Positions 29,459 through 39,585 of a DNA stretch of 64,000 nucleotides are shown here, one piece after another. The notes beneath the pieces were generated by a model. The model did no database searches, was not told the DNA's origin, and was given only the letters and a program-made list of their open reading frames with translations. The stretch is taken from NCBI GenBank assembly GCA_965215515.1, contig OZ244057.1, positions 576,001 to 640,000 of the forward strand, given 5' to 3'. Both the position numbers and the translations under genes were made by a program. The stretch's first letter is position 1, and each line of letters begins with the position of its first letter. Origin of the DNA: Oligoflexales bacterium. Its GTDB lineage: Bacteria > Bdellovibrionota_B > Oligoflexia > Oligoflexales > JAPPIL01.

Positions 29459-30817
29459 ATGAAAAAAGACAAATCAGGCAAAAGATATGCTTTCCCCTTT
29501 GGAATATTCCAAAGAGGAGTGATTGACATTACACTCAGCAAGTGGGAAATTCTCAAGCAATTGACCTTCATTCAGAAAATTTTGTTTCTGCTGGGACTTC
29601 GACACGAGAAAAATATTGAAGACATGGAGCGTAGAATCACTAATTTAGCTACAAGAATTTCTCATGATGAAATTTTTGGTTACGACTCTGATTTTGGAAA
29701 GCAGTTGTTCACAATCAACATGGAAGTTGGCAAGAGAAATTGGGATGTGGAAAAGAACCTTACACCTAAAGATTTAGAAAAAGCTGATGCCATCGTAGAC
29801 TCCAATCGTATAATAAGAAATAGGTTTATCGGTTTAGTGTCAGAGCCTCCGCTAAACATGTCTCTTATTGATGCTGATCCAGAAGTATGCCTAACCATTG
29901 TTCCAATGACCCCTTATGTGCTAGTGCAAAGCATTCGCTATTTTATTGATGTAAATCCGCACTACACATTTTCTGCCATTAGACAATCAAACCATCAGTA
30001 CAAGGATGAATTGATCGCATATCTCTACGAGTTGCTTGACCTCCAAGCAAAAAATGCCATGAGCTTGCTGGGGTTCTTAGAATTGTGTCACACTATCCAG
30101 CAAAAGAAGGGGTATTCTTCACTTATCAAGGAGGAACAGGACGCTTCCGAGAAAGCCAACTTGATTATAATTAGACTAAAATCATTTATAGAAAAAGTTA
30201 CAGCATTTGTAGGGGTGATATACGGGGACACTTCTGTAGATTCTTCTAATAAGCACAAATCACGTGAGAAAAAAATTGCCAGCCATATCAGAGAAAGCCA
30301 CAAGAAGCACCCTTACTACCAACAACTCACTGCTTATATTAAACGAGAAAACTTTGCAGAGCTTGACAACTATAGAACTGGTATTTTGCACAAAAAGGGG
30401 TCATCTGAAATGCAGCCCCATAGTTTTGTGGGAAAGAAATTTGACGAAACCCCTCTCAGAAAACTTCTTGGGGTAATTATGGAACACCGACAAAGGAGTT
30501 CAACAGCATTGATAAGTGCATTAGCGATTATGACTGACGAACTTGTAAACATGGAAGCACCGGAAAAGCGTTTCGTGATGTTTATGGATCTGCTTGAACT
30601 CACAAACACGCTATATCCTGACAAAAAGGAAAAGCAAATCAACATGCTTCCTGCTATGTTGCCAAAGCTTTTTATCATGTGCGAGGAGTATTTTGGGGTT
30701 GACGAGCCACAAGACGCTGATCAGTCAGCAGATGTTGAGAAGTCAGCACAAGCTGGAGAGCAACATGAGGGTAAGCAACAGACAGACAAACATCCACAAG
30801 GGGACAAACAGTCGTAG
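29459..30817 (+). CDS. Hypothetical protein with a HEPN-like RxxxxH motif
   Basis: All-helical-looking ORF containing LDNYRTGILH. Confidence 0.5.
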   Translation: MKKDKSGKRYAFPFGIFQRGVIDITLSKWEILKQLTFIQKILFLLGLRHEKNIEDMERRITNLATRISHDEIFGYDSDFGKQLFTINMEVGKRNWDVEKNLTPKDLEKADAIVDSNRIIRNRFIGLVSEPPLNMSLIDADPEVCLTIVPMTPYVLVQSIRYFIDVNPHYTFSAIRQSNHQYKDELIAYLYELLDLQAKNAMSLLGFLELCHTIQQKKGYSSLIKEEQDASEKANLIIIRLKSFIEKVTAFVGVIYGDTSVDSSNKHKSREKKIASHIRESHKKHPYYQQLTAYIKRENFAELDNYRTGILHKKGSSEMQPHSFVGKKFDETPLRKLLGVIMEHRQRSSTALISALAIMTDELVNMEAPEKRFVMFMDLLELTNTLYPDKKEKQINMLPAMLPKLFIMCEEYFGVDEPQDADQSADVEKSAQAGEQHEGKQQTDKHPQGDKQS

Positions 30818-31065
30818 TAGCAAAACAACCATGCACACAACTAGTGGTACCCCGTAACTTGTTCTACAATATTTCACACTTTTTCCCATGAAAACTCAAA
30901 GTTTTTCTACCAATTTTCTCATCACACTATTCTGTTGAAATCATTGAATAGCCTAGTTTTCGCTACGAAACGTTGTAGATACATTTCTACGACACCTTGC
31001 AGAAGTTAATACTTAAAAAATTTCTTTCCAAGCAGTTCTAGTCGTTTAGCTAAAAAAGTAAATTT

Positions 31066-31081
31066 TGGCACACTCCTTGTA
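31066..31081 (+). promoter_or_regulatory. Putative sigma54 promoter of the ICE backbone
   Basis: TGGCACACTCCTTGTA (-12 GC is GT, one mismatch), with tandem CTAC-N8-G(T/C)AG sites 65-100 bp upstream. Confidence 0.55.
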
Positions 31082-31122
31082 ATGCCTCTCTTTGCAAACG
31101 TTAACACAGTGAGGGAGAACAC

Positions 31123-31594
31123 TATGAGCAACGCGCAAGGAAAGCCATGGCTGAACGAGGATGGCAGCACCAAGTCGGACGAGGAGTTGAGGGAGATTAC
31201 CCCGAACTGGGGGGAGAGTATTTGGGAAAAATACCTCTCTACATTTGAGGTTAAACAGAAAGAAGATTCTGTTTTATCACCTTCTATAGTGGACACCTTC
31301 TCCGCAGAGGAATGTGCCGGATTGTTATTTTCCCTAGCAAGTGAGGAGAAACATCTCTGCCTCAAGGTTGCGCTCAATGTCTGTATCCGTGAGCTTTCCC
31401 CCAGACAAAGGGACATCATTATTGGCTACTACTGGGATGGTAAAACGGTCAATGAAATGGCTGCAAGCATGGGGATCAGCACACAAGCTGTATACAAGGC
31501 TATGAGAGTGGCTTTAGCAAAGCTAAAGGCAAGCCTGACAAGTGGTTCGATGCAGAAGCGGATGATGGCAGCAAGAGAAATACTGGCCTCCTGA
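31123..31594 (+). CDS. Sigma70 region-4-type HTH regulator
   Basis: LSPRQRDIIIGYYWDGKTVNEMAASMGISTQAVYKAMRVALAKLK. Confidence 0.75.
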
Positions 31595-31689
31595 GGTTTA
31601 CAAAAGGTTGGTATTTAGTCTTTTTGGTTGGTTATTTCCCTATTAGTGAGGGGACAATTTTTTTAATCACCAATTTAGGAGGTCACATA

Positions 31690-31941
31690 ATGCCCGCAAA
31701 ATTTTCAGTTGAAGATCAGATTATCGCTAGGTCATTGTCGAGAAAGCTGCGTCCCAGACAGCGGAAGGCGATTGTGCTGCGATTTTGGTACGAGTACTCG
31801 ATTTTTGAGGTAGCCAAGTCCCTAAGGGTAAGCTGGGAGGATGCAGACAGAACCATTAAGGACGCACTGGCCAAGCTAAAGCAAGATTGTATGGAGCAGC
31901 CGCACTTCTCAAGAGCCTTGAAACTACCGTTTGCCGCATAG
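31690..31941 (+). CDS. Small sigma70 region-4-type HTH protein
   Basis: LRPRQRKAIVLRFWYEYSIFEVAKSL...ALAKLK; GGAGG RBS before ATG 31690. Confidence 0.7.
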   Translation: MPAKFSVEDQIIARSLSRKLRPRQRKAIVLRFWYEYSIFEVAKSLRVSWEDADRTIKDALAKLKQDCMEQPHFSRALKLPFAA

Positions 31942-31955
31942 TGCTAGGAGGGAAA

Positions 31956-32306
31956 ATGAAGGTGTTTGATGTTTTTAAGGGGCGTAAACGCAGAAGTGGC
32001 GACATAATCAAGATTCGTAGTGTTGGCTGTGGCTACTATAACCGCGCTACCAACACTTACGAGCTACAGATCAACGGGTTTGCCCCGAACAGCCACATCC
32101 TCAGGCCAGAGAAGGACATCGGAGCGAATAACGACTATGTGATCTATCACAAAAGTCCCTATGCCAGAGGCTTGCAGCAAGTCGGTGTCGGTCATCTCAT
32201 GAGCGGAGACAACGCAGGTCTAGTGCAACTTGAGTGGGACATCTATGGCAACACACACATCTACCTCAACCTGTCACGGGGTAAAACAGAAAGGAGGACA
32301 GCCTAG
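31956..32306 (+). CDS. Hypothetical ICE backbone protein
   Basis: AGGAGG RBS before ATG 31956; beta-rich ORF in the operon. Confidence 0.55.
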   Translation: MKVFDVFKGRKRRSGDIIKIRSVGCGYYNRATNTYELQINGFAPNSHILRPEKDIGANNDYVIYHKSPYARGLQQVGVGHLMSGDNAGLVQLEWDIYGNTHIYLNLSRGKTERRTA

Positions 32307-32359
32307 TCTAAATCTACGCTGGGAAGATTGTAAGGGGAAGTTCAGCTTAAATCTTAACA

Positions 32360-32716
32360 GTGAGGTATCGTATGCAAAACAAAACCAAGAACGAAACTCT
32401 TACTCTTGGTTGGCTTGATCCGAGAGACAACAGCGTCAATCACGCCGGAGTTAGCTTCTACAACCCTACCTACGGGGAGTATCTGCTGAAGATTGACGAA
32501 GAACCAAGCGAAAAACAATACTTCCTTAAACCCTCCTCTAGTGAGGGCGAGCACATTACCTACCGCATGGAGCTTGTGCTTAAACGTAAAGACGGACGCT
32601 TCCTAAAACGTCAACGTGTTGGCACTGGATATAGCAACGCAGAAACAGATGGCAATGTGCTTATCAACTACGGCTCGAAATTCAAAACTCTAGTGCTTTA
32701 TCTGAGAAATAAGTGA
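32360..32716 (+). CDS. Hypothetical ICE backbone protein
   Basis: Operon position; composition similar to the preceding ORF. Confidence 0.55.
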   Translation: MRYRMQNKTKNETLTLGWLDPRDNSVNHAGVSFYNPTYGEYLLKIDEEPSEKQYFLKPSSSEGEHITYRMELVLKRKDGRFLKRQRVGTGYSNAETDGNVLINYGSKFKTLVLYLRNK

Positions 32717-33003
32717 ACTCAAAAAAATTATGGGTAGTTTATCTTTCATGGTTTGCTGACACAGCTCTAGCGCAGTTTTGGGGTGGGAGTGGCTTTGAGG
32801 GTAAGATTAGATCGTTTACCGACAACCTGATGTCAGTCATTTTACCGGCGGTTGCCATACTTGGCTTACTTTACGCAGCTATGCTCGCTATCAGCGGTGA
32901 TGAAGGTGCAAAAAAACGCATGATCCTTGTGGTGGTGGCAAGTGTGATCGGATTTCTTGCTCCCCTGATCATTCGCTGGTTTCAATCAGCTGCTGTTGGA
33001 TGA
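32713..33003 (+). CDS. VirB2/TrbC-like pilin
   Basis: Signal peptide ending ALA plus two hydrophobic helices; directly before the virB3/virB4-like genes. Confidence 0.65.
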   Translation: MNSKKLWVVYLSWFADTALAQFWGGSGFEGKIRSFTDNLMSVILPAVAILGLLYAAMLAISGDEGAKKRMILVVVASVIGFLAPLIIRWFQSAAVG

Positions 33004-33322
33004 CATGATGGGAATCAACACTTCAGAGGTGCAGCGAAACTTAGATGCAAGGTTTAAGATCGGGGGTATTGAAGCCCTCGATCTACTGATAGCTCTGATA
33101 TGCAGTGCGATTATGAATCTGTTCTTCGGTGGCACAGCACTAGAGATTCCTCTAGTGCTTGGTTGTCCAGCACTCATTCTTGCGGGTTTTTACTTCGGTA
33201 AAAGGGGAAAACCAGAAAAATTTATGGTTCATCTTATTCACTTTTATTTAGAAGCGGGATTTTTCTCAGCAGGAGCAGAGCCAACAAAGTCTCTGCAAAT
33301 GCGAAGGAAGATTTATGCGTAG
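32996..33322 (+). CDS. VirB3-like membrane protein
   Basis: Two TM helices, about 105 aa, overlaps the VirB4 start. Confidence 0.6.
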   Translation: MDDMMGINTSEVQRNLDARFKIGGIEALDLLIALICSAIMNLFFGGTALEIPLVLGCPALILAGFYFGKRGKPEKFMVHLIHFYLEAGFFSAGAEPTKSLQMRRKIYA

Positions 33323-35738
33323 CCTCGCTAGTGAATTGGAGTTCTGGCACTTCGATGAAGACCTAATGGTTTTTAAAGATGGCTCACTCGGTGCAGGTTT
33401 TAAGCTGGCAGGGTTTGATATTACCTGTGCTACAGAGCAGGCTATCAATCAGATGAACAGAGGGCTGGAAAATTTGTTGATCTCTGCTGATGAGGGAATG
33501 AGGCTGCAAGTGTTTTACAAGCTGACACCGAATGTAACTGATCTTATAGATCAGCATCAAAAACTGTCTGGTTCTGTTACTGGTAATTATCAGCGAATTG
33601 CTGCTGCTCGTGTTAGGTTTTATCTCCAAAATCAAACTGACAAGAAATACTTTGTGCCTAACATTTTCTTTTTCATCCGTAGTAGACCCTATGCACTGAA
33701 AAAACAAAGTTTATTCGCATCAGATAAACAGTTTCAGCGGATTTCAAGAGAAGAGTTTGCTCGAAGGAAAGAGAGATTTCTCCGCTCTGTAAAGGGTATA
33801 GAGTCAGGTCTTGCTTCAGCGGCACTTGCTCCTAGCAGACTTAAACACGAGGAATGGTTCAATCTCATATTTGAATACCTGAACCTTGATCGTACAGAAA
33901 GGATCGGAGCAAGTTGTTACAAAGAGCCGCAAAGCTTTCTCAATCCCTCGGTCAGTGAACAGCTCACATTGACTGATTTCATTTGGGATAAGGACGCGAT
34001 AACGCTCGGCACATACATGTTTCGCACCATCACCCTTGCCACGCTGCCTGAAGGGCAGACATATGCAGCAATGGCTAACATGTTCGCTGCCGTGCCGTTT
34101 CATTTTTGGCTGAGCCAGTCCGTTCATCTGCTAGATCAGGCAAAGGCAAGGTCATCGCTGGAGATGAAACGCAGGATAGCACACTCAATGGCTTCGGGTA
34201 GCAAAAATGTTAGTGACTTAGATTCAGAAAACAAACTCGGACAGATCGAAGGCTTACTGGAGAATTTACTAGAGGGTTCAGAAAAGCTCGTATCATCTGA
34301 TTTCAATGTCATCATCTGGGGAAGAACCAAAAGTGAGCTAGACGATAAGACAGATGAAATCCTAAAAACCTTTCGCACATTGAATCAGGCAGAAGGGTTA
34401 CAAGAAACACTAGCAGGTAAAGAAGCTTTTTTTAAATCTATCCCCGGTGCTTGTCTAGGGATGCGGCACAAGAAGATGAAGTCCAGCAATGCTGTGCATC
34501 TGATGCCTGTCTTTGCTAGCTGGGCAGGTAATCCTAAACCAGTGTGTCTGCTGCCGACAAGAGATGGGCGGTTATTCTCGCTCGATCCCTATGCAGACCA
34601 CTTACCAGCTTGGAACGGTATCGTATTCGGCAGCTCAGGCAGTGGTAAAAGCTACACGATCGTGCAGTTGATGGCGATGTTTTACGGTAAGGTAAGCAAA
34701 GAAAACAGACCACGTATTGTCTGGATTGATAACGGTGCATCTTCAAAAAGACTAGTTGAGATATTAGATGGTGAGTTTTTAGACCTCGATTTGAACTCAG
34801 GTCTGTGTCTTAACATGTTCGATTTGAAAGAAGGAGAGATAACACCAAGTCCAGAGCGGATTCGTACAGTCTTAGCTGTCCTTGAGATGATTCTAAAAGA
34901 CGAAGATAAAAAAGCTCTCGGTAAGCGGGAGAAAGCTTTACTGGAAGAGCAAGTGCATAAGGTCTATGAGGATGCAAGTGGAAAGATACCTACTTTGTCA
35001 GATTTGAAAGAGTTGTTGGATAAACACAAAGATGCACAGATACGAAAGTTCGGTGAAATACTCTACAGCTGGACAGGAACATCAGCTTATGGACAGATGC
35101 TCGATGGACAAACCAACGTCAAACTCTCTAAAGACCTTGTTTCTATAGAGGTGCAGCATCTGAGCAACTATTCAGATCTGAAAGATGTCCTATTACTTCT
35201 TCTGACCTCTTACATTCAAGATGTGGCATCGTCTGATATTGGCAGGGAGTATCTGCTGATCATTGATGAGGCGGAGCGTCTGTTTCAGTCAGAGTTAGCA
35301 AGGCAAGTGGTAATTACCTGTTATCGCACTTGGCGCAAGTTCAAAAGCGGCATCTGGTGTTTGAGTCAGAACTACAAAGACTTTATGGCAGATAAAGCTC
35401 TTCGTGATGCTCTGATGACCAACACGACTAGCGTTATCATTCTGCGGCAGAGCAAGATTGATTGGAGTGATTTCAAAAAGACGTTCGATTTTAACGACAC
35501 ACAAGTGGAGCGTATCAAAAATCTGACAATCAAAAAGGGAGAATACAGTGAATTTTATTATCTGCAAGATGAGAACGAAGCGATCTTACGGCTTGTTCCT
35601 GAACCATTGAGTCACTGGTTTTCTACCTCAGATGCTAACGACAAGACCATGATTGCTAGTACAGAAAAACAGAATCCGAGTATGAGTAAGTTAGATGTTC
35701 TTAAATTGCTGGCTTCTCAACCTAAAAACAGGGGGTAA
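33315..35738 (+). CDS. virB4: VirB4/TraC-family T4SS ATPase
   Basis: GSSGSGKS Walker A, IDNGAS, IIDEAE Walker B, RTWRK, SQ motif; 807 aa. Confidence 0.85.
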   Translation: MRSLASELEFWHFDEDLMVFKDGSLGAGFKLAGFDITCATEQAINQMNRGLENLLISADEGMRLQVFYKLTPNVTDLIDQHQKLSGSVTGNYQRIAAARVRFYLQNQTDKKYFVPNIFFFIRSRPYALKKQSLFASDKQFQRISREEFARRKERFLRSVKGIESGLASAALAPSRLKHEEWFNLIFEYLNLDRTERIGASCYKEPQSFLNPSVSEQLTLTDFIWDKDAITLGTYMFRTITLATLPEGQTYAAMANMFAAVPFHFWLSQSVHLLDQAKARSSLEMKRRIAHSMASGSKNVSDLDSENKLGQIEGLLENLLEGSEKLVSSDFNVIIWGRTKSELDDKTDEILKTFRTLNQAEGLQETLAGKEAFFKSIPGACLGMRHKKMKSSNAVHLMPVFASWAGNPKPVCLLPTRDGRLFSLDPYADHLPAWNGIVFGSSGSGKSYTIVQLMAMFYGKVSKENRPRIVWIDNGASSKRLVEILDGEFLDLDLNSGLCLNMFDLKEGEITPSPERIRTVLAVLEMILKDEDKKALGKREKALLEEQVHKVYEDASGKIPTLSDLKELLDKHKDAQIRKFGEILYSWTGTSAYGQMLDGQTNVKLSKDLVSIEVQHLSNYSDLKDVLLLLLTSYIQDVASSDIGREYLLIIDEAERLFQSELARQVVITCYRTWRKFKSGIWCLSQNYKDFMADKALRDALMTNTTSVIILRQSKIDWSDFKKTFDFNDTQVERIKNLTIKKGEYSEFYYLQDENEAILRLVPEPLSHWFSTSDANDKTMIASTEKQNPSMSKLDVLKLLASQPKNRG

Positions 35739-35740
35739 CA

Positions 35741-36436
35741 CTGCAAAAGAAAGCTATTGGATTGTTACTAGTCTTTTCTCTTACTTCCTCTCCTGCACAT
35801 AGTTTCTGGGGAGATGGGGGTGCAGGGTGGGTACAGATACCATATCTGGTGAAAATTCTACTTGAGAACTACAAACGCTATCAGCAACTCAAGCTGATGA
35901 TGCAGCAAGCAAGAAGATCGGGTGATTATTTTAGGACAGTTCATCAAGGGTTAGAAAACATCACAGGTCTTTTAGACAGCTTGCCAATCACTGATCAGGG
36001 GGTACTTAAGGATTTACGAAGTTTTAACGGGTCACTCAAAACCATATCGCAAATCTACGGAAAAATACCCAGATCACCGGAAGAAGCACTGCATAGGCTG
36101 CATGACCAAACCGCGGCTGAATCACTACAGATGGTGAATTCATTTAAGGATTACTCGAAGGCACAGGAAAGCAACTCGCAATCGCTCAGGATTCAGAGCC
36201 AATCAGCTTCACCTAAAGGAGCTGCAAGGGCTACCGCGGTTTCCAATGCGATGATTTTGGAAAGTATCAATCAACTGATCCGCTTGCAAAGTCAAAGCCT
36301 GAAAATGCAAAGTGAGCAGCTAGCTATGTTGAATAGGCAGGATAAGAAAACTATCGCCTCCTATCAGGAGGTTGATAAAAGTATAGGCAGTGCCTTCAAG
36401 AATTTCAAACGCCAAGAAAAATTCGTAAAATTTTAG
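35741..36436 (+). CDS. VirB5/TrbJ-like exported protein
   Basis: Signal peptide and Gln-rich helical body. The frame extends to CTG 35741 after a GGGGG RBS-like run (ORF-track start 35762). Confidence 0.5.
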   Translation: MQKKAIGLLLVFSLTSSPAHSFWGDGGAGWVQIPYLVKILLENYKRYQQLKLMMQQARRSGDYFRTVHQGLENITGLLDSLPITDQGVLKDLRSFNGSLKTISQIYGKIPRSPEEALHRLHDQTAAESLQMVNSFKDYSKAQESNSQSLRIQSQSASPKGAARATAVSNAMILESINQLIRLQSQSLKMQSEQLAMLNRQDKKTIASYQEVDKSIGSAFKNFKRQEKFVKF

Positions 36437-37303
36437 ATGTTCGACCAGTTGGTAGGGGTAGCAAAAGATATTCGGGGGGAGACACTCGAACTTTACTGGT
36501 TACTTTTAACTCCGTTGGTGCTGTTACTCATCATACTGGAGTTTTTCAAGTATCAGAAAGACAGTATAGATGTTTTTGATATTATCAGACGAGTTGTCAT
36601 CTCGATGGTGCTGCTGTTTTCTTTTGAATATACGATCAATGCCCTTTCTACGATTGGGGATGGGATCGTTAGCAAAATAGATAAGACCGCTGATGTTTGG
36701 GATGTATTAAAAAATCTGGGGCCGAATTACCAAGACTCTTCCAGTGGGCTATTTGATATAAGAGGACACATTCTTTACACACTGGCACTGCTTTCTTATC
36801 TCATCGCCTACTTAGGATTTTTTGTCACCGATGCACTTGTTCACTTTGTCTGGATCGTTCTGTATACGGTATCACCCCTGATGATTTTAGCTTACGTTGC
36901 TAAAGCAACAGCTAACGTGACTGCGAACTTATACAAAGGGCTAGTTAAGGTAGTTATCTGGAAAATTATGTGGACGATTCTTGGTGCGCTGCTACTGAAA
37001 TTAGCCATGACCCCCCAGACAGGAGAGGACATGGAAGGCTACTTAGTAGCGATGATTACTAATCTGTGTATTGGACTCAGTATGCTTTTTATTCCTATCG
37101 CAACTCGTTCACTAATCAACGATGGATTGGAGAAGGCAGCATCAGCATTAGCCGTTGCTCCAGCAATAGCTGCGGTGAATACAGCAAAGGTCTACACCAA
37201 GAAAGCGGCTAGACGAGGTTCTGCGAAAGCATCGGGGACAGAACAACCAACTACTAAATCACAGGATAATCCTGTCAGAGAGAGTGTCGACAGGTTTAGG
37301 TAA
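36437..37303 (+). CDS. VirB6/TrbL-like polytopic membrane protein
   Basis: Five or six TM helices; SPLMILAY motif; operon position. Confidence 0.65.
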   Translation: MFDQLVGVAKDIRGETLELYWLLLTPLVLLLIILEFFKYQKDSIDVFDIIRRVVISMVLLFSFEYTINALSTIGDGIVSKIDKTADVWDVLKNLGPNYQDSSSGLFDIRGHILYTLALLSYLIAYLGFFVTDALVHFVWIVLYTVSPLMILAYVAKATANVTANLYKGLVKVVIWKIMWTILGALLLKLAMTPQTGEDMEGYLVAMITNLCIGLSMLFIPIATRSLINDGLEKAASALAVAPAIAAVNTAKVYTKKAARRGSAKASGTEQPTTKSQDNPVRESVDRFR

Positions 37304-37340
37304 GAGCACATAAATCAATTATTTTGGAGGAAACATTGCT

Positions 37341-37922
37341 GTGAAAAAAGACTCTACACTTCGTGTGTGGACTGACGTTAACTCATTATTAAGAACTCAT
37401 AAACTTCTCAATCTAGGACTTATTTCAGTTTGTATATTACAGCTGTTCATCATTGCTACGATGTATTTTGCTGATCCTATCGTGGTCATTAAAGAAGATG
37501 GTAAACAACGCTACTTTGCGGGACGTAAGACTAGCTTACCTATATCTGAGGAGGCTGTTGAAGAATTCGTTGAAGGTTTTTTGCGCGTCCGCTACGAGTG
37601 GAACAAACTCGACCCCAAGGCAAAGCAGAAGAGCTTATCGCCAATCGTTACAGATGGATTACAGAAGAAGATGTTCAAGCTATTGACCCACCTCAAGGAT
37701 AAGGAGTTTCAGGGCAAAGAGACTTCGCAGGCAATCGTCAATATCAAAGTTAACGTTACCAAAGAGAAGGTAGTGGCAAGTTTTGATAAGCTTTTACGGA
37801 TTGAAGGAGTGCCGATTCCAGTGCCGACAACAGTGTCACTCAACATAATCAAAGGCACTCCCAACATCTGGAATCCAATAGGCTTGCTTGTCAATGGGGT
37901 GATCGAACACCAGTCTAAATGA
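37341..37922 (+). CDS. VirB8-like bitopic protein
   Basis: One TM helix, FVEGFLRVRYEW, C-terminal NPIGLLV. Confidence 0.65.
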   Translation: MKKDSTLRVWTDVNSLLRTHKLLNLGLISVCILQLFIIATMYFADPIVVIKEDGKQRYFAGRKTSLPISEEAVEEFVEGFLRVRYEWNKLDPKAKQKSLSPIVTDGLQKKMFKLLTHLKDKEFQGKETSQAIVNIKVNVTKEKVVASFDKLLRIEGVPIPVPTTVSLNIIKGTPNIWNPIGLLVNGVIEHQSK

Positions 37923-38653
37923 TGAAAAGCCTTATCTTGGTAAGCGTCTTGCTCTGTCACCATTCGGTGGCATGGGCAAGCGGGATCAGAACAGCTTATG
38001 TCAACGATACCAAGATGCAACCCATCTATCTAAAGATGGGTAAAGCATCGGTACTGAGGTTTGCAGAAAAACCCAAGAAAGTGGTTATCGGTAATCAAAA
38101 CTACTACTCGATTGAGTTTATCGACAACGATTTAACTATTCAACCACTAGGTAGAGTAGAAACGAATCTGTTTGTCTATACACCTTATCATACCTACGGG
38201 TTTATTCTGCGGGTTTGTCACAGCTGCCGTTATGACGATTTAGTTTATGTGAAGTGGAAGTCCAAGTATCAACCACCTCCTAAAATCAAAAAGGCGAAGA
38301 TCGTACCCGGATTTAAAGCAATTGGACTCAAGTTCAATGTGGGTGGAGGTATTTCAGCTACCGTTATCAAAACCACGGCTGATACTACTAGGCAGTTGCG
38401 GTTTGTTGATCTGCAATTGAAGAACAGTGGGAGAACGAAGATCAACATCACATCGGCAAGAATCGTAGCTACTCGCAGAAATGTTCCACTACCAAATCAA
38501 GGGTATGTTATCGAACAAGATTTTCTGAAGGCTGGTGAGATTACGAAGGCCAGATTATTTCTATCTGCAAAGGAGACAAGAGATTTTACCGTGAACGTAT
38601 TTGTAAATGCACACAAAGGAAGAGTCATCATTGCTCAAGGGTATCTGAGATGA
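37919..38653 (+). CDS. VirB9/TrbG-like core-complex protein
   Basis: Signal peptide; SVLRFAEKPKKVVIGN, LTIQP, TNLFVYT. Confidence 0.7.
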   Translation: MMKSLILVSVLLCHHSVAWASGIRTAYVNDTKMQPIYLKMGKASVLRFAEKPKKVVIGNQNYYSIEFIDNDLTIQPLGRVETNLFVYTPYHTYGFILRVCHSCRYDDLVYVKWKSKYQPPPKIKKAKIVPGFKAIGLKFNVGGGISATVIKTTADTTRQLRFVDLQLKNSGRTKINITSARIVATRRNVPLPNQGYVIEQDFLKAGEITKARLFLSAKETRDFTVNVFVNAHKGRVIIAQGYLR

Positions 38654-39585
38654 AGTATGCAAAGCAGATGCGGGCGTTTTTCCTCAAAAAAGAGGGTGGC
38701 AAGGAGGTTATCGACAGAAAAAGATTTTTTGGCGCGGTGAGTGTGATCTTGTTGCTTGGAGCTTTTTCTCTGCTCTTTCCCAAGACAGGTAGAGATTCCA
38801 GTGTTATTATTAACTCGGCAGAGCCGATAGATAGGGACAACTCTGAAGAGGTGGTAACACAGTCGTCTTCACCTAAAGTAACTGGGATGCTGCAAGCATC
38901 CCAGCAAAGGGGATATGAGAGTTTACATAGGATACATGCAAAGCCAGCCCCTAGAAAGGCGCAGAAGATAGAATACAAAGCTCCGCAAGTTATCGAGAGA
39001 AAAGGGACAGATAGTTTTACGGATAAACTGCCAGTAGGAACAAACCTCATAGGTAAACTCTTGACTGGCATAGATACCAGAGAGGTTAAACAATTCTACA
39101 AGGTGTTTCTTCCTTATGGAGGCAGAAGTAAACACGGTGGCAGTATACCGAAAAATTCAATTCTTTTTGGCACGGTTAGTTATCCCGGTAAAGGGAAGAA
39201 GGTGTTTATGCAATTCTCAAAAGCACTGTTGCCTGATGGAAGAGAGGTTGAATTGAAAGCACAAGCATTAAATGCAAAAGATTATTCGCCGGGATTAGTA
39301 GGAGAGTTTCACAGCAAGGCAATCGAAAGAGTTGCCTCGACTCTGGGTCTGACAATGGTATCGGCAATTACCGATACTCTCACCGAGAAACAAGTACTTG
39401 GCACAGAAGGGACTGTTACACCAAAAGCAACAACCAAGAATGCACTCTATCAGGGAATCTCTAAAGCAAGTGAGATGGAAGCACAGAGACAGATGGCAGA
39501 ACTCGGTGATGTGCAAGAATATGTCACGATCCCAGCAGGTCAAGAGCTGATCGTCAATCTTGTGACAACCTATCACAGTGAATAA
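38650..39585 (+). CDS. VirB10/TrbI-like protein
   Basis: TM helix, linker, LPVGT...IPKNSILFG...LLPDGR...GLVG...VTIPAGQ. Confidence 0.75.
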   Translation: MKYAKQMRAFFLKKEGGKEVIDRKRFFGAVSVILLLGAFSLLFPKTGRDSSVIINSAEPIDRDNSEEVVTQSSSPKVTGMLQASQQRGYESLHRIHAKPAPRKAQKIEYKAPQVIERKGTDSFTDKLPVGTNLIGKLLTGIDTREVKQFYKVFLPYGGRSKHGGSIPKNSILFGTVSYPGKGKKVFMQFSKALLPDGREVELKAQALNAKDYSPGLVGEFHSKAIERVASTLGLTMVSAITDTLTEKQVLGTEGTVTPKATTKNALYQGISKASEMEAQRQMAELGDVQEYVTIPAGQELIVNLVTTYHSE

